From Eledone cirrhosa (taxonomy: Eukaryota): DNA of 64,000 nucleotides. How positions within the stretch are numbered: position 1 is the first letter of the stretch; every line of letters begins with the position of its first letter. Under the pieces are notes generated by a model. That model had not been told where the DNA came from and made no database searches. It was given only the letters and a program-made list of their open reading frames with translations. The translations under genes were made by a program, and so were the position numbers. Below, in pieces: positions 1-12,472 of this stretch. The stretch lies in NCBI GenBank assembly GCA_964016885.1, contig OZ024743.1, forward strand, positions 96,162,001 to 96,226,000, in the 5' to 3' direction.

Positions 1-765
1 AAATTAACAGAATTTTTACTTTTTAATATAAAGAATATTTTCTCTATACAGAGCACAATTTTCAGAAGAAACATTGAATGGGGGAGCTTTGGAGATAATA
101 TTCCAAAGTAAAGAATATTTAGTGTTCTTTGATTTTAGTAAATTAGATAGAGAAGTTGAAGATTTTTTATTTATATTCGTAAAAGAGCATTTATGGTTAT
201 TAAAACGAGACTTAAAATCTGTGGAGGTAGAGCTTACATAATTAAATGAATTTAAATTAGTTTTTACATTACAATTATATACTATATTTTTAACTAAACA
301 TTTGTTATTTAACGGACAGTTAGATTTATTTCTACAGTTACATTTATCAAAATTTGAGTTTCTATGTGCCGTATTATTCAGTTGGATATTGCTGGGGTTA
401 TTAATGGTATTCTGGTTAGGTTTTAAGTTTCTATTATTAATTCTATTAATATTCTGCGCTAAATTACTGGTGGTTGAATACATTAATTTTATAGTTTGTC
501 TATTAAATATTGAGTAATACCTATGTGTTCTAGGGAAGCATTTATCTAGAGCTTTAAAGAATAATTTAGCAATAGGAGTTTTAATACTTAATGAGAAAGG
601 AGGAGCGAACCATAATATATTCCTAGTTCTATTTCTTTTTTTGTTTTTCGAATTATTGTAAGGTTTTCTATTATAGTTGTTAAAATTATAGTTATTTGTC
701 ATATCATTACTATCAATGTATTTAATTGTATTACTATATCCAGCTCTACCTAACGCTTCGTTATA
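1..765 (-). mobile_element. Penelope-like retroelement fragment: RT C-terminus/thumb, Cys-rich linker and GIY-YIG endonuclease (ORF 16..702); 5'-truncated at a (TA)n tract
   Basis: Translation contains WFAPPFS..KT.IAKLFFKALDKCFP..IFNRQTIKLMYS, the linker CNCRNKSNCPLNNKCL and a degenerate GIY-YIG (NIVY..NYVSSTSTDFKSRFNNHK). The frame upstream of the annotated Met reads YNEALGRAGYSNTIKY up to the (TA)n at ~765. Confidence 0.85.
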
Positions 766-778
766 ATATATATATATA

Positions 779-847
<69 letters not shown>
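765..847. repeat. (TA)n microsatellite, one of many (also ~1800, 2067, 3255, 3720, 15010, 15342, 53210, 54815, 59685)
   Basis: Direct observation. Confidence 0.95.
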
Positions 848-849
<2 letters not shown>

Positions 850-1026
850 CAATAACAGAGATAGCTTAACGCTAAACTCCGACTGGTAACCATCTCACTC
901 AACAAACATTAGGTTATATGTTAGTATAACCCAATTTAAGTGTTTGGGGTGCTAACTATATGTATTTTGTGGAAAGCCAGTTGTATTATTTTATGAGATA
1001 TAATTAAAGTTAAAATATATCTCTCT

Positions 1027-1151
1027 TTCCAAACAATTGTTTCATTATAAGTTTTCTACAAATTGGGAGAATGTTTCCAGTTTATGTAGAAGCCTAACAT
1101 ATATTCATGTAAGAATATATTTAGGTGGGCACTTATAAATCTTCAGTGGAA
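1027..1151 (-). ncRNA. Type I hammerhead ribozyme with expanded, branched stem II, in a putative PLE pseudo-LTR (~848-1160)
   Basis: Minus strand reads ttcca-CTGAAGA-tttataagt-[78 nt]-acttataat-GAAA-caattg-TT^-tggaa. Stem I is 5 bp, stem II is 8 bp after a U.U pair, and stem III is the palindrome ACAATTGT. Confidence 0.8.
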
Positions 1152-1339
1152 GCCCATTAAACTTTGATATAAGAAAGAATTCTTACCGCAGTTAAAAATC
1201 GTGTCTGCTAAGCTGCTCCTTCACGCATCGAATGACCGCCAAATTTGAAATTCCAGCAGTCTTTTGACTGAGGAAGTTTCATAGCGTCACGAAGCGGGAA
1301 AGGGAGACAACCACGATACAAGAGAATAGAAAAAAATAA

Positions 1340-1780
1340 TATACACTCGGGTTAATTAGTTTTTTCAAAAACATTATCAATCCAACGTGTTAAGAACTCA
1401 ATTGAAATTTAAAAAATAAATGTATGCGTGTATTAATTACACACGCATATAGATATTTTCTTAGGCTAAAAACAGAGGTGATACCAAAATAACAAACCGC
1501 ATCACATCACCGCAGCAAATACTGAAGGTTACGCTTTAAAGGCGATTGGGAATGTAAATCTCTGGCCATATTAAGAGTAAAATATTTAATACACGCGGGT
1601 TAATTAGTTATTTAAAACTATTATCAATTCCACGCGTTAAGAACTCAATGAATTTAAAAAAATAAATGTATGCATGTAATTGTTTACACACGCATATATA
1701 TATTTTCATAGGCTAAAAACAGAGAAGTGACAACCAAAAAACCTCCATATCTCACAACAGTAACAAATACAGAAAGTCAT
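1340..1780 (+). repeat. Diverged direct duplication (~190 bp; ~1340-1530 and ~1588-1778)
   Basis: Both copies share atacac.cgggttaattagtt...ttaagaactcaa...aaataaatgtatgc...acacacgcatata...taggctaaaaacagag. Confidence 0.85.
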
Positions 1781-1797
1781 GTTTATAAGGTACCTGG

Positions 1798-1845
<48 letters not shown>

Positions 1846-2063
1846 ACGGCTTATTCTATATATGTGTGTGTGTGTAGTAAATTTATATATAGAGATAGAA
1901 TTTGCTTCGAAAGAAAGAGAATCTACTTCGAAATCACTAGACGTATCTGAGGAGCTTGCGAATCCAGAGTCAGGCTCGATCCACAAACAGATCGCACCTC
2001 GAGCTGTTCGCCGGAGAAACAATTGTAATACGTAATAAATTGTGTTCCGATTCTTCGTTTTCC

Positions 2064-2126
<63 letters not shown>

Positions 2127-2713
2127 TTTTTTTTTTTTGTGGTAAATTTATAGCAAAGCACCCGCTGGAGTTTGGTTATAAATTATTTTTTTCCTAGGTT
2201 GTTTTCGCGTGTTTTCATACCTCCGGCTCACTCGCAATTACTTTTTTCTTAAACACGGAAATGGAGGAGCGAGGGAGAAAGACTAGAGTTTCTTTTCTAG
2301 TTTTTTTTTTTCCTGCGTCAACGAATTTGATCTGCAAATCCGTAGGAAAATAACGACAAAATAGGTGTAAGATCATATACAATATATATACGGCTATCTC
2401 TCTACATCACTTTACCGAACACTCACACATATATATTTGTGTGTGTGTCTATGTTGGTTTCTGGTTATTTATTTTTACTTTGGTTTCTTTTCATAGTGAG
2501 GCTACGAATATATTTATTGTATATAAACATTTAGTATGCTCTCATACACTCCTATTACACAAACATACAAATGTATATATATATATGTGTGTGTGTGTGT
2601 GGACATATATATTTTATGTTCGCTTATTTTAAAGAACCAGCGAGTGAACATGTGAACATAATTACACATTCTTATATCAACTGGTTTAACGTATATTATT
2701 TATATCTATAAGC

Positions 2714-2902
2714 GCGGTGGATTGGCAGTATCGGTAGCGGGTCGGACGCCATGCTTTCCAGCATATTTACCTCCCTTTACGATCTGAGTTCAAATCTCAC
2801 CGAGGTTGACTTTGCTTTTCATCCTTACGGGGTCGATAAAATAAAGTACCAGTAATACACTGGTTAATTGCTGGCCTTGTGCCAAAAGTAGAAACAATTA
2901 TT
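2714..2902 (+). mobile_element. tRNA-derived SINE family 1 (Nin/Deu-like core), copy 1 of a tandem pair
   Basis: A-box-like tggcagtatcgg, B-box gagttcaaatc, core tttcatccttacggggtcgataaaataaagtaccag, 3' end agaaacaattatt; at least 11 near-identical copies in the window. Confidence 0.85.
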
Positions 2903-2911
2903 TATATCTAT

Positions 2912-3102
2912 ACGGTGGATTGGCAGTATCGGTAGAGGGTCGGACGCTATGCTTTGACGCATAGAGTTACGGCCCTTTACGGTCTGAGTTCAAATCCCAC
3001 CGAGGTAAACTTTGCCTTTCATCCTTACGGGGTCGATAAAATAAAGTACCAGTATTAAACTGCGATAATTGCTGACCTTGTGCCAAAAGTAGAAACAATT
3101 AT
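2912..3102 (+). mobile_element. SINE family 1, copy 2 of the tandem pair
   Basis: Same structure as 2714-2902. Confidence 0.85.
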
Positions 3103-3250
3103 TTATATTTATACACATTTCTCTCTCTCACACACATATATATATATAAGTTGTAGCTCTAATTCATATGAATTATCGAGCGCTTGCCACACAACTCGGA
3201 AGTGTTTTTCTTTAATTCCTGAGCTGAAATTCGATTCTCGCTAATTTTTA

Positions 3251-3299
<49 letters not shown>

Positions 3300-3721
3300 G
3301 CCATGCATATACGATTATATTAATTTAAAGAAAGCTTAAGGTACCGAATTTTAAGCTGAACCATTTTTACAATAAAACATCGATTATTTCCTTTGTTTGT
3401 TTCATTTTTTTTCTGGACTTGAGAGCTCCTTAAAATAAGTGGTGTTTGGTATAAGTGCAAATGGTATAAGAATAAAATCTAGAGAATTCTGACAGAAGAC
3501 AAATCACTTGAGAATACTTTTGCTGTTTTCATAGTAGAATGAAAAGAACTTCCGAAGCCTGTCTCAATTGGCTCTAAATAAAGATAAGTTTTGTAGCCTT
3601 CGGTTATCATTCTGCACCCACCATTGAAATGAAGCTAACCTTAAATCATTATAATTCCTCAGCAATTTCTCACCTATTTCAAGACCATTGATTACCTTTG
3701 TGACACACACACATGAGTATA

Positions 3722-3794
<73 letters not shown>

Positions 3795-3799
<5 letters not shown>

Positions 3800-3990
3800 A
3801 AAAAGTATGACCCCGACGGCAGAGCTCAAGCCGTTTCGACGGCTATTTCTGGACTGTTCAAAATAGCTGTCGAAACGGCTTGAGCTCTGCCGTCGGGGTC
3901 ATACTTTTTCCTATTTCCCACTCTACTACCCTAAGTATTGAGTACTCTGGTGCGTTATGGTCCATCTGGTTCCTTACCACAATTCCTTTG

Positions 3991-3993
<3 letters not shown>
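3795..3993 (+). mobile_element. Fold-back PLE pLTR-like remnant, family A (3' half of a hammerhead plus tail), in (TA)n
   Basis: Arms 3795-3848 and 3861-3914 with a 12-nt loop; contains GAAA-CGGC-ttgagctct-GCCG-TC^ggggtc; homologs at 15393, 55640 and 59780. Confidence 0.75.
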
Positions 3994-4033
<40 letters not shown>

Positions 4034-4261
4034 TATATATATATACATACAGTATATGTGTGTATATATATGTGTATATATATATATGTGTGTGTGTGTG
4101 TATGTGTGTGTGTGTGTGTATTTGTGCGTATGTGTCTGTATATGTATGTATAGTAATGAGTATTATTGATCTGCATCGATCAGTTTTTGTTTCATTACCC
4201 AAATTGCAAACTTCCTTTATTTGTTCCTATCTATAGGAACAAGCAAGAGGGAGGGAAGGGG

Positions 4262-4310
<49 letters not shown>

Positions 4311-4789
4311 GGGAGAGAGAGAGAGAGAAAGGAGACTGAGAAGATGAAAGAATGAGGAACAGAAAGAGAGGTAGATATATATATATATATATTTGTAAAT
4401 CAGGAGGATTTCTTTTGAATGAAACAGTTCTAGTCCTGTAGAAGCCATTTCTATATGTATTTATATATATATGTGTGTATGTGTGTGTGTGTGTGTGTGT
4501 GTGGTAATAGAAAATATATATATATATATATAAGAAACAGCTATTCTTTTAGACATGTTGCATTGAATACAAGCCAGTGTTCTAGATATTTCTATGAAAG
4601 TTGTTTTTTTTTGTATTTTCATTTGAGTTTGTCTGATAGTATAGAAACGTTGACTATGAATTTAGAAACTTCATTGTTCCAAACGGCATGAAACCTGCAG
4701 GAGAATAGGAGAAAAAACACGGTAAAAAAGTAAAACTAGAGGATGATTCTTTATACATATTTATGTAGGTCATCATCCTCATTGTCTTC

Positions 4790-5200
4790 TTGTCTTCTTG
4801 CTTAGGAGACAACAATCACGTGACGTTATCCAGGCGTTGCAACCAACTCACGGAAGTGCGATTAAGGTGCGTGAAGTCTACACTGTCAGGCTGGCGGAGA
4901 TCCGGACAATCACTTTGTATATATTGAGCAGTCAGCTCTGTCAAATCACACAAGCTGTGGACGGATGCAGACACTAGTGGTGTATATTTGCAATGAATCG
5001 GCTGGCATCTGTGTGTAGCCGATTCAGGAACCCTCACTCCGAGAGAATTTAGCGCCTGTAGGGGGGGCTGTATTGGGGTTGACATTCAGTTGCGTCGGTC
5101 GAGATGTCTGTTGTCAGCTGGCTCTCCACATCTGAAGCATGTTGAAATCTGAGTGGCTGAGAATCCTCAGCCATATCATATAATGGATGACTTGGGTTTA
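4790..5200 (-). mobile_element. Decayed 3' end of a non-LTR retrotransposon (degenerate C-terminal Zn-knuckle region)
   Basis: GC-richer block; ORF 4816..5085 has LCDLTELTAQYIQSDCP, resembling C.C....T..H....CP; simple-repeat tail. Confidence 0.35.
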
Positions 5201-5239
5201 TTGAGGCGTTGGTTACCAATGCTCTTTAAGAAGGCGTGC

Positions 5240-5830
5240 AGGAGCGCGAAGTGAAAGCACAGATAGATTCTCAACTGCTGTAAGACGGAGACATGCGGTG
5301 ATGACACCTAGTGGCTGTATCTGTATATAGAGCCCAAATTTGTCGACCTCATCGGGTTCTCGAAACTGATCACTGATCAAGAACAACTCGAAGAAGAATG
5401 AAAACAACAACAACATCAACGACAACAACGACAACACCAACAACAACAGCAACGACAACAATGTGACCAGCAACAGAATCGGTAACAGCAACACGAACAA
5501 GGAGAAAAACTCTTTCGCTGCTGCAGCAAAAAAAAAAACGCCATGCTTTTCTTTGGACCTGAGTGAGAAAGACAAAATTTTTGCCCAGCCATGGAAGCTT
5601 ATTAAACGAGAGCCAAATTTAGAGGATGACGATAATTTTCAGATACATTTCGGCGCAGACTCACAAAGTGGAGATCACTCCTAGAGCCAAGGTTGAGGCT
5701 ACGCTGAAATGTATCAGGCAAGACACCGAGTAGATAGCGAGCGGCAGACAATACGGCACCATCTCTGTGTGGTTTAAGTCAGAAGCCCGATGTACATTTG
5801 GAACCTATATATGTATAGGATCCCAATGTA
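5240..5830 (+). mobile_element. Probable 5' UTR and ORF1 N-terminus of an L1/Tx1-like LINE, degenerate
   Basis: (AAC)-rich tract followed by NSFAAAAKKK, resembling the SYA/SFA-AA motif at ORF1 starts; GC-richer than the flanks. Confidence 0.35.
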
Positions 5831-6414
5831 AATCGGGAGGTGACCACTGTCAATAAATGTACTAAACGTTAGTTGAGTATATTCATTTTATCATAGAAAT
5901 TAATTCTAAAGAACTAAAACTGTTTCATTCGTTAGAAATTATCAGGACTTCCTGAGGATTTCTTACGAATGAAACAGTTCTAATCCTGTGGAAGTCGTAT
6001 CTACAGTGATTAAGATTTTACAATGATAGACCTTCTTTCATATCCAGAACATTGCTTCTGTATCTCAACAAATACTCAGCCGTTGTCCTTCTTAAGTTTC
6101 TATATTCTGGGTTGCTACTCCAGTGTCTCATCTTTCTTCTCGCCCGCATCCTTTTACTGCCGTACTCCCTATTGTACTTTCTTTCATCGAAACCGTCTTG
6201 AGAGACTCCTTCCTTTCTCCTTGTTTCTCTGAAAGGTATAATCTTAGTTCTTTTACATCTGCTATTAGTCGTTTTCTTCTTCTTCTTCTTCTTCTTAGTA
6301 CCAGTAATGTACTGGGTAATTTCTGGCCTTGTGCCAATAGTAGACACAATTATTATTATTATTCTTGTAAGCCCCACCAAATTAAGTATTTGCTGGGACC
6401 TTCTGTATTGTTAA

Positions 6415-6740
6415 CTGGCCGAATGATTCGCAAACATTAGGTCTTGGGTTCGACCATACTGCGTAGCACCGTGGACAAGTGCCATTTACCATAGTCTCAT
6501 GTTGACATGTGCCTTGTGAGTGAAAATGGGTTGAAGGAAATTGCTTGGAAGCTCGTTGGATGAATTCTACCAGTAACTCCAAGGGGCGTCCTTACCACAT
6601 ACCACATGCCATGGAAAATCTCTTTGAGAATTATGTTATGGGTACACGTGTCTGTAGAATGCTCGCCTAATTACACATTGATTTCACGAGAAGCCTATTC
6701 CGTTGTTTGAACACTCATCATCGAAGCTGACGGATACCCA
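6415..6740 (+). mobile_element. tRNA-derived SINE family 2, diverged copy
   Basis: Head with gggttcga, then ggacaagtg and ccttgtgagtg; 3' body acacgtgtctgt..tttcacgag..ttccgttg shared with copies at 7340, 12160, 13075, 19085, 26520, 28820, 55240 and 56160. Confidence 0.6.
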
Positions 6741-7772
6741 TTGAACTAACACAGACTAGCACATCAAACTAAAGATAAAAAGTGAAGTTTGAATTTACTA
6801 TGTTTAGAAGAGGAAAAATATAGTTTATAGTGTGGAAGTGACATTGAAATTAAGCAGACTGATAATAAATGTCAAGAATTGGAATGTTGATCTTGTATTT
6901 AGGACTAGAATAGACTTATTTAGTGTGACAGAGATTCATGTTCACTTTTTGCTTCATTCCGACAAAACTATTGAATAATTGAAGCTAAAAGAAAAACGAA
7001 ATTTAAAACGTAAAATAAATCAATACCTCTAATTTAGTTCATATGATGAAAACGAGATATAACACGCCTAAAACTGCTCGAAAAGGTCATGGTGCACATA
7101 AATGTTGCCTTACTTCCATTTCATGTTTTCATTTTCTTCTATATCGTTTTTTCCATTACTTTTTTCCTTATTCTTTTTCGTCTAGATATTTTTGGTCTTA
7201 TTTTAGTTTAATGCAACGCATTTATTATTATTATCATATAGTATTTTATATTTATGTATATCAAACGCAATGTATCTTCAGCCTTAATATCTATCTCTGG
7301 CAGATCTAACTACATATATTCCTTGTCAATAATGTAATCAATGGAACTCCGTCGGTTTCTATGAAATGAACGTGTAAGTGGCTGAATATTCCGCAGATAC
7401 CTGTACTCTTAACGTAATTCTCACGGAGGTTCCGCGTGGCACAGTGTACAGCAAAACTTGCTGTTTAGATTACTCCCAGACAGTTTCCGTCCACCAATTA
7501 TATATGTGTATATGTATGATTTCATTTGATCAAGTTTATATTGATTTTTTTTTTTTTTTTTTGGTACTTTGATTTTGTAACATTCGGAGTTCAAATCTTG
7601 CCGGATTCAACTTTGCCATCTTTCAGACGTCGAGAAAATAAAGTAGAGACACACGACTGAATTTAATCAAATTTTCCCTTTCTCCTAATTGCTGGTCTTG
7701 TTTCAATCTTAGAAATAATTATTTTCCTTGGCGTTTCGTTGTTTTTCTGCCGGTATTATATTGCCAGGTATA

Positions 7773-7962
7773 GGGCGGTGAATTGACAGTATCGGTAGAG
7801 GGTCGAACGCCATGCTTTCCAGCATAGTTACGTCCCTTTACGGTCTGAGTTCAAATCCCGTCGGGGTTAACTTTGCCTTTCATCCTTACGGGGTCGATAA
7901 AATAAAGTACCAGTAATACACTGGGATAATTGCTGGTCTTGTGCCAAAAGTAAAAACAATTA
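7773..7962 (+). mobile_element. SINE family 1 with 17-bp TSD
   Basis: attatattgccaggtat (7755-7771) / attatattgctaggtat (7959-7975). Confidence 0.9.
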
Positions 7963-8272
7963 TATTGCTAGGTATCTATTACTTTTCTCATACGACTTGC
8001 TGAGCCAATCAAACAAGCTTTTTACAGGTTTAGGAAATTCACCTCTATACCTAACAGCTCTAACCAGCCATTGACTTCATGACAGTCACTAAGCTCTTGT
8101 TTCAGATCAGGATGATAACAATTTCGCAGCAATTATCTGCATTTCGTATTTCAGGTTTCAGTATTTATCTATTTTCCCGCATTCCTTGTCTGCCAGGAAT
8201 TTTCTCTTTGGTGATCCATCCAGATGTTAGCTTTCCGGCTGTATCATTTTTTTTATTTTTTATTATTATGAA

Positions 8273-8468
8273 ACGGTGGTGGGTTGGCAGTACCGGTAGA
8301 GGGGTCTGACACCATGCTTTGCAGCAAAGAGTTGCGGCCCTTTATGGTCTGAGTTCAAATCCCGCCGGGGTTAACTTTGCCTTTCATCCTTTCGGGGTCG
8401 ATAAAATAAAGTACTAGTAATGCACTGGGTAATTGCTGGCCTTGTGCTAAAAGTAGAAACAATTATTA
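8273..8468 (+). mobile_element. SINE family 1 with 12-bp TSD
   Basis: attattatgaaa at 8262-8273 and 8462-8473. Confidence 0.9.
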
Positions 8469-11001
8469 TGAAATGTCTCTGCTTGCGCCTTATGTGTCCC
8501 TGTTAAATATATAGTTTGGGATCATATCATGTCCTGGTGTCTTCCAAATGCTTTTTTTAGTGGCATCTGGAAATAGTCTCTTCCTAAAACATCCTCCAGC
8601 GATTGTTTAAGAGCGGCGTTTGTTGTTTTGAACAGATTCAATGACACAAATCTTTAAGAGTAGATGAAATAAGATACAACACAGAAAACTGAAGGACAAA
8701 TTTTGAAAATAGTGTTACTCTAACATTAACAATTGAACTCAATAATTAAAATAAGATAATAGCTATAAATGCCATCCTAGAATATAATCTATAACTTCGG
8801 TAGGGAAAACTTGCTGCTGTTCCAGTCAGAATAACAGACAACATCTTTTCGGATCGACCACTGCTCGATACAGAAGTGTCACACTGCCCTCTTCTCTTGT
8901 TTTGTTTACTACCACTACTACTGATACTTCCGATGTCGTCTCACTTGCTGCTGTTGTTGCCGTCCGAATAACAGACAGCCTCTTTTTGGGTCGACCACCG
9001 CTCGATACGGACGTGTTCCTCTGCTCTTTTCTCTTTTGTTTTGTTTATTTCGTCTATACCAGCGTCAGACCATCTACAACTTGTATGCCCCCTTACAACA
9101 ACAACATACACAAATGGAAAGATATATACAGTTATCTACCAATTTATATATGTGTGTGTGTGTGTGTGTGTCTGTATGTGTATGTGTATATATGTGTGTG
9201 TGTCTGTATGTATGCGTGTGTAGAGGAACAATAAAGTGGGAGTTAACTGTATTGAAATACTTAAATGAGAAAACTAAAACGTTACTCACAGATTTTCGAA
9301 GTCACCATTTTATGTTGATATAGATCCGTCACCTGGTTTAACACCATTTGTTCCTAGAGTGCACACTTCCAGGCCATGACTCTAATAATAGCTTCCTTTT
9401 TTCTTCCCAGTAGTCACTAAGGTGCTGAAAATCTTCTTCAACACTGCCCTTCCACCTCGGACAAAGCCGATAAAATAAAATTAACAATATCGCTCCTTAA
9501 ATGTATCCGTTTGAGACAACAGTAACCTTCTTTCTGCTATGATCAACTAACTGCAAGTGAGATGTTTAAATATTTTCCCCTAATAAGATTATCTTAAAAC
9601 ATTTTTTACAAAACACCATTAATATTTATGCAGTATTATTTTCAAGCTCCACGTATTTTGATAACATTGTGGAGAAGTATGACAGTGGTATTGGTTATGC
9701 TGTAGTTTCTTTCAAAGCCCACATAGTTTAATAACATTGTTGAAACATATTCTAACTGCTACCTTCATATGTAAATGTCCTTCTGAATATCCTTCTGTAA
9801 ATATGTATAGTACAATATTATTCGGTATATTGTGTCTAAAGAGTACAAGTTTTTTTTTTATGTTTAAACTATTTAATGTCTGGCATCAACTGTTAGTGTA
9901 TGATAGAGTGTTGCATTCAGTGTTGTTGATTTTCTTTTGTTTCTTTTTGTACGAGTTGTTTATGGCAAAGTCTCTGCTCTATTCATCGCAGCATCAGAAA
10001 TTGAAAAAAAAAATTGTTGACTTTACTTTCTCGTACAAGTGTTTAGCAATGGAAATGGTCTTGAAATAAGCATGGTTTGTGGATTCAACAATTGTCGACG
10101 TGAATTGAATTTCTAATAACAGTTATTGAAGAGTGAGCAAAGAATTAACTATTTAATCCAGGTCAGACCTGATATGAATCAAGATTCAGTTATACATTTA
10201 TCGGAAAGTTGATATACAAATCAGAGTTGTCTGACTTTGATGTAGCGTTAAATTGTGATGTTGAAACTTAACATTGCATTCAACTAATACATCTTATTTA
10301 TTTATTTACTCCGACTCTCTTTTTAATTTATTCATTGAAATGAAAACGTTAAAAGGAAAAGTAACAGAAATTACGTGATAGTAGTTTAAATTGATGCTAT
10401 TCAGTGAAGTTTTCTTCAAACTCTTGATTTTCCCTCTATTCATACGTTCACCATTTTTCGCATAGTTAATCTTTCCTATTGTTTTTCACTTTGTTTCATA
10501 TTTGTCAGTGTTTCTTGTTTGTCTTTTTTTATTCTCTATATTATCCTCAAATTGCCTGACGTTATTTTGATGTTTTAAGCGCTTAGTTCCAGATGCAGCC
10601 GAAAGTGTTTTCTGAGTAGTCAATTAAAAACGCAACAGTTGTCTAATGACTAATAGCTTTGATTGTAATCAAAGTAATAATGTAAACTGTATTTCTACTG
10701 TATTGTTTGATTTCTCAGCCCTCTTCGTCAGCGTCTTATCAACGATACCTGAGCGCTTTCGTTGAAATTACTACAAGCATTAACATCTCACAAGTAGTAT
10801 CAATTACATTGATAATAACATTATCAATATTACCATAACAACAATACCAATATACTTTGCACCATTACCATCATATATATAATACAAATACTCTGGGCCA
10901 TATCCAGAAGAGATAACCTGGCTGATAATCACCACTTCCTTTACCAACAAGCAAAAGTTAATTGACTGCCAATGGAGTTGCGCCCCCACCCGCCGCCTTT
11001 A

Positions 11002-11058
<57 letters not shown>

Positions 11059-11377
11059 CTAGCAGATTATTTTTGTATGGATCCGTAAATCCTGATGGAG
11101 TGGTAGGGGCTCGGTATAGGGCGAACCCATCTCCTCTCCAGGTCAGAACCTAGCCGATTTCTTCCAGAGATGGAAAGAGAGAAAGAGATAGAGAGCAAAT
11201 ATTGACCCCAGTACCGGACTGGCACTTTTTTATCAACCTCGAAAGGGTAAAAAAAATGTTGACCTCGGCAGGAATTAAGGTCACAGAGTCCATAGAGCCA
11301 AAATGAATACCACAAAGCCCTTATCCTGTTTGACTTTCAACTAAATCCTTTACTCAAAACCTTCTTTCCCTATCTGT

Positions 11378-11427
<50 letters not shown>

Positions 11428-12159
11428 CTCTCTTTCCGTCCTAGTATTCCTAAATCGTCAACTGTAGAAGCCGACATGCATCAATGTTAGGCCAAAATAG
11501 CACCAAGTTAACTGAAGGAGTTTGTGTAGCTATGGTGTCGCCATTCTATCTTCTTACATTAAGTGTTATAAATATATACTGTTGTTTGGGCTAGACTAGC
11601 TTAATTCTGCACGATAATTCGTCAGTCACAGAAAGGAGTGCGAGACAGCGTCCAGAATATATATTTTTTATCCCGTTTGTAAAATAAGTTGGATTACTTT
11701 GAATAAATAATGAATGGATATTACATAATTTATCTATTAAATTTCGTAACTCTTGATTAAATATATTTTATTGCTTATTTAAAGATTCACTTCTATAAAA
11801 TTTTCAAATGTCAACACTTCCGGTTAGCGAGCGCTTAAATAAACATTCATATATTTCCGTCACTAATTTTTCTCCTAATGCAGTTTATATATAATATCGT
11901 CTTTTTTTAATGTTTCATGGATTACGTTACTGATTACATAAGACAGTGTAACGTAGTCTTCGTTCAATTTCTGTGGATATTGTCAATTACGATTTTATTT
12001 GATGTATCATATCTACATGCATATATACTTGCGTATAATATCAATATACACACTACACATGCTAGCAGAAAACCATCCGAACGGTGGTTTTCTGCTAGTT
12101 CTATTAATGTTCAGAGTAGCGAGGTGTTCTATCTCGATTCGCAATTTTTGCAAATAGGT

Positions 12160-12472
12160 CTGTTGGATCTCCGTCGGTTTCGAGGACATGTTTTCAAGAA
12201 GATTCAATCAACAGAACATCCTGCTCTTGAAATTAACGTGTAAGTGTCTGGGCATTCCACAGACACGTGCACCTTAAATGTAGTTCTCAGAGAGATTAAG
12301 TGTGACACAATGTGATAAGGCTGACCTTTTGAATTGCAGGTACAAATCATTTATGCCAGCTAAGGGAATGGAGCAACGTGAAATAAAGTATCTTGCTCAA
12401 GGACATAGTGTGCCACCGGAAATCGAACTTAAACTTATGATCGTGAGCCAAAAACTTTAACCCTAAACCATA
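12160..12472 (-). mobile_element. SINE family 2, near full length, followed by an older family-1-like SINE (+, 12475-12648)
   Basis: Minus strand: tRNA-like head (gttcgatttcc), then ccttgagcaagatactttatttcacgttgctcc and the shared 3' body. Confidence 0.7.

Noticed and set aside
2714-2800. tRNA genes suggested by A/B boxes
   Set aside because: No cloverleaf; these are multicopy SINE heads with TSDs
4398-6005. ~55-bp similarity between 4405-4455 and 5954-6004 as a TSD around the LINE fragments
   Set aside because: Too long and diverged and not adjacent to element ends; more likely an old local duplication
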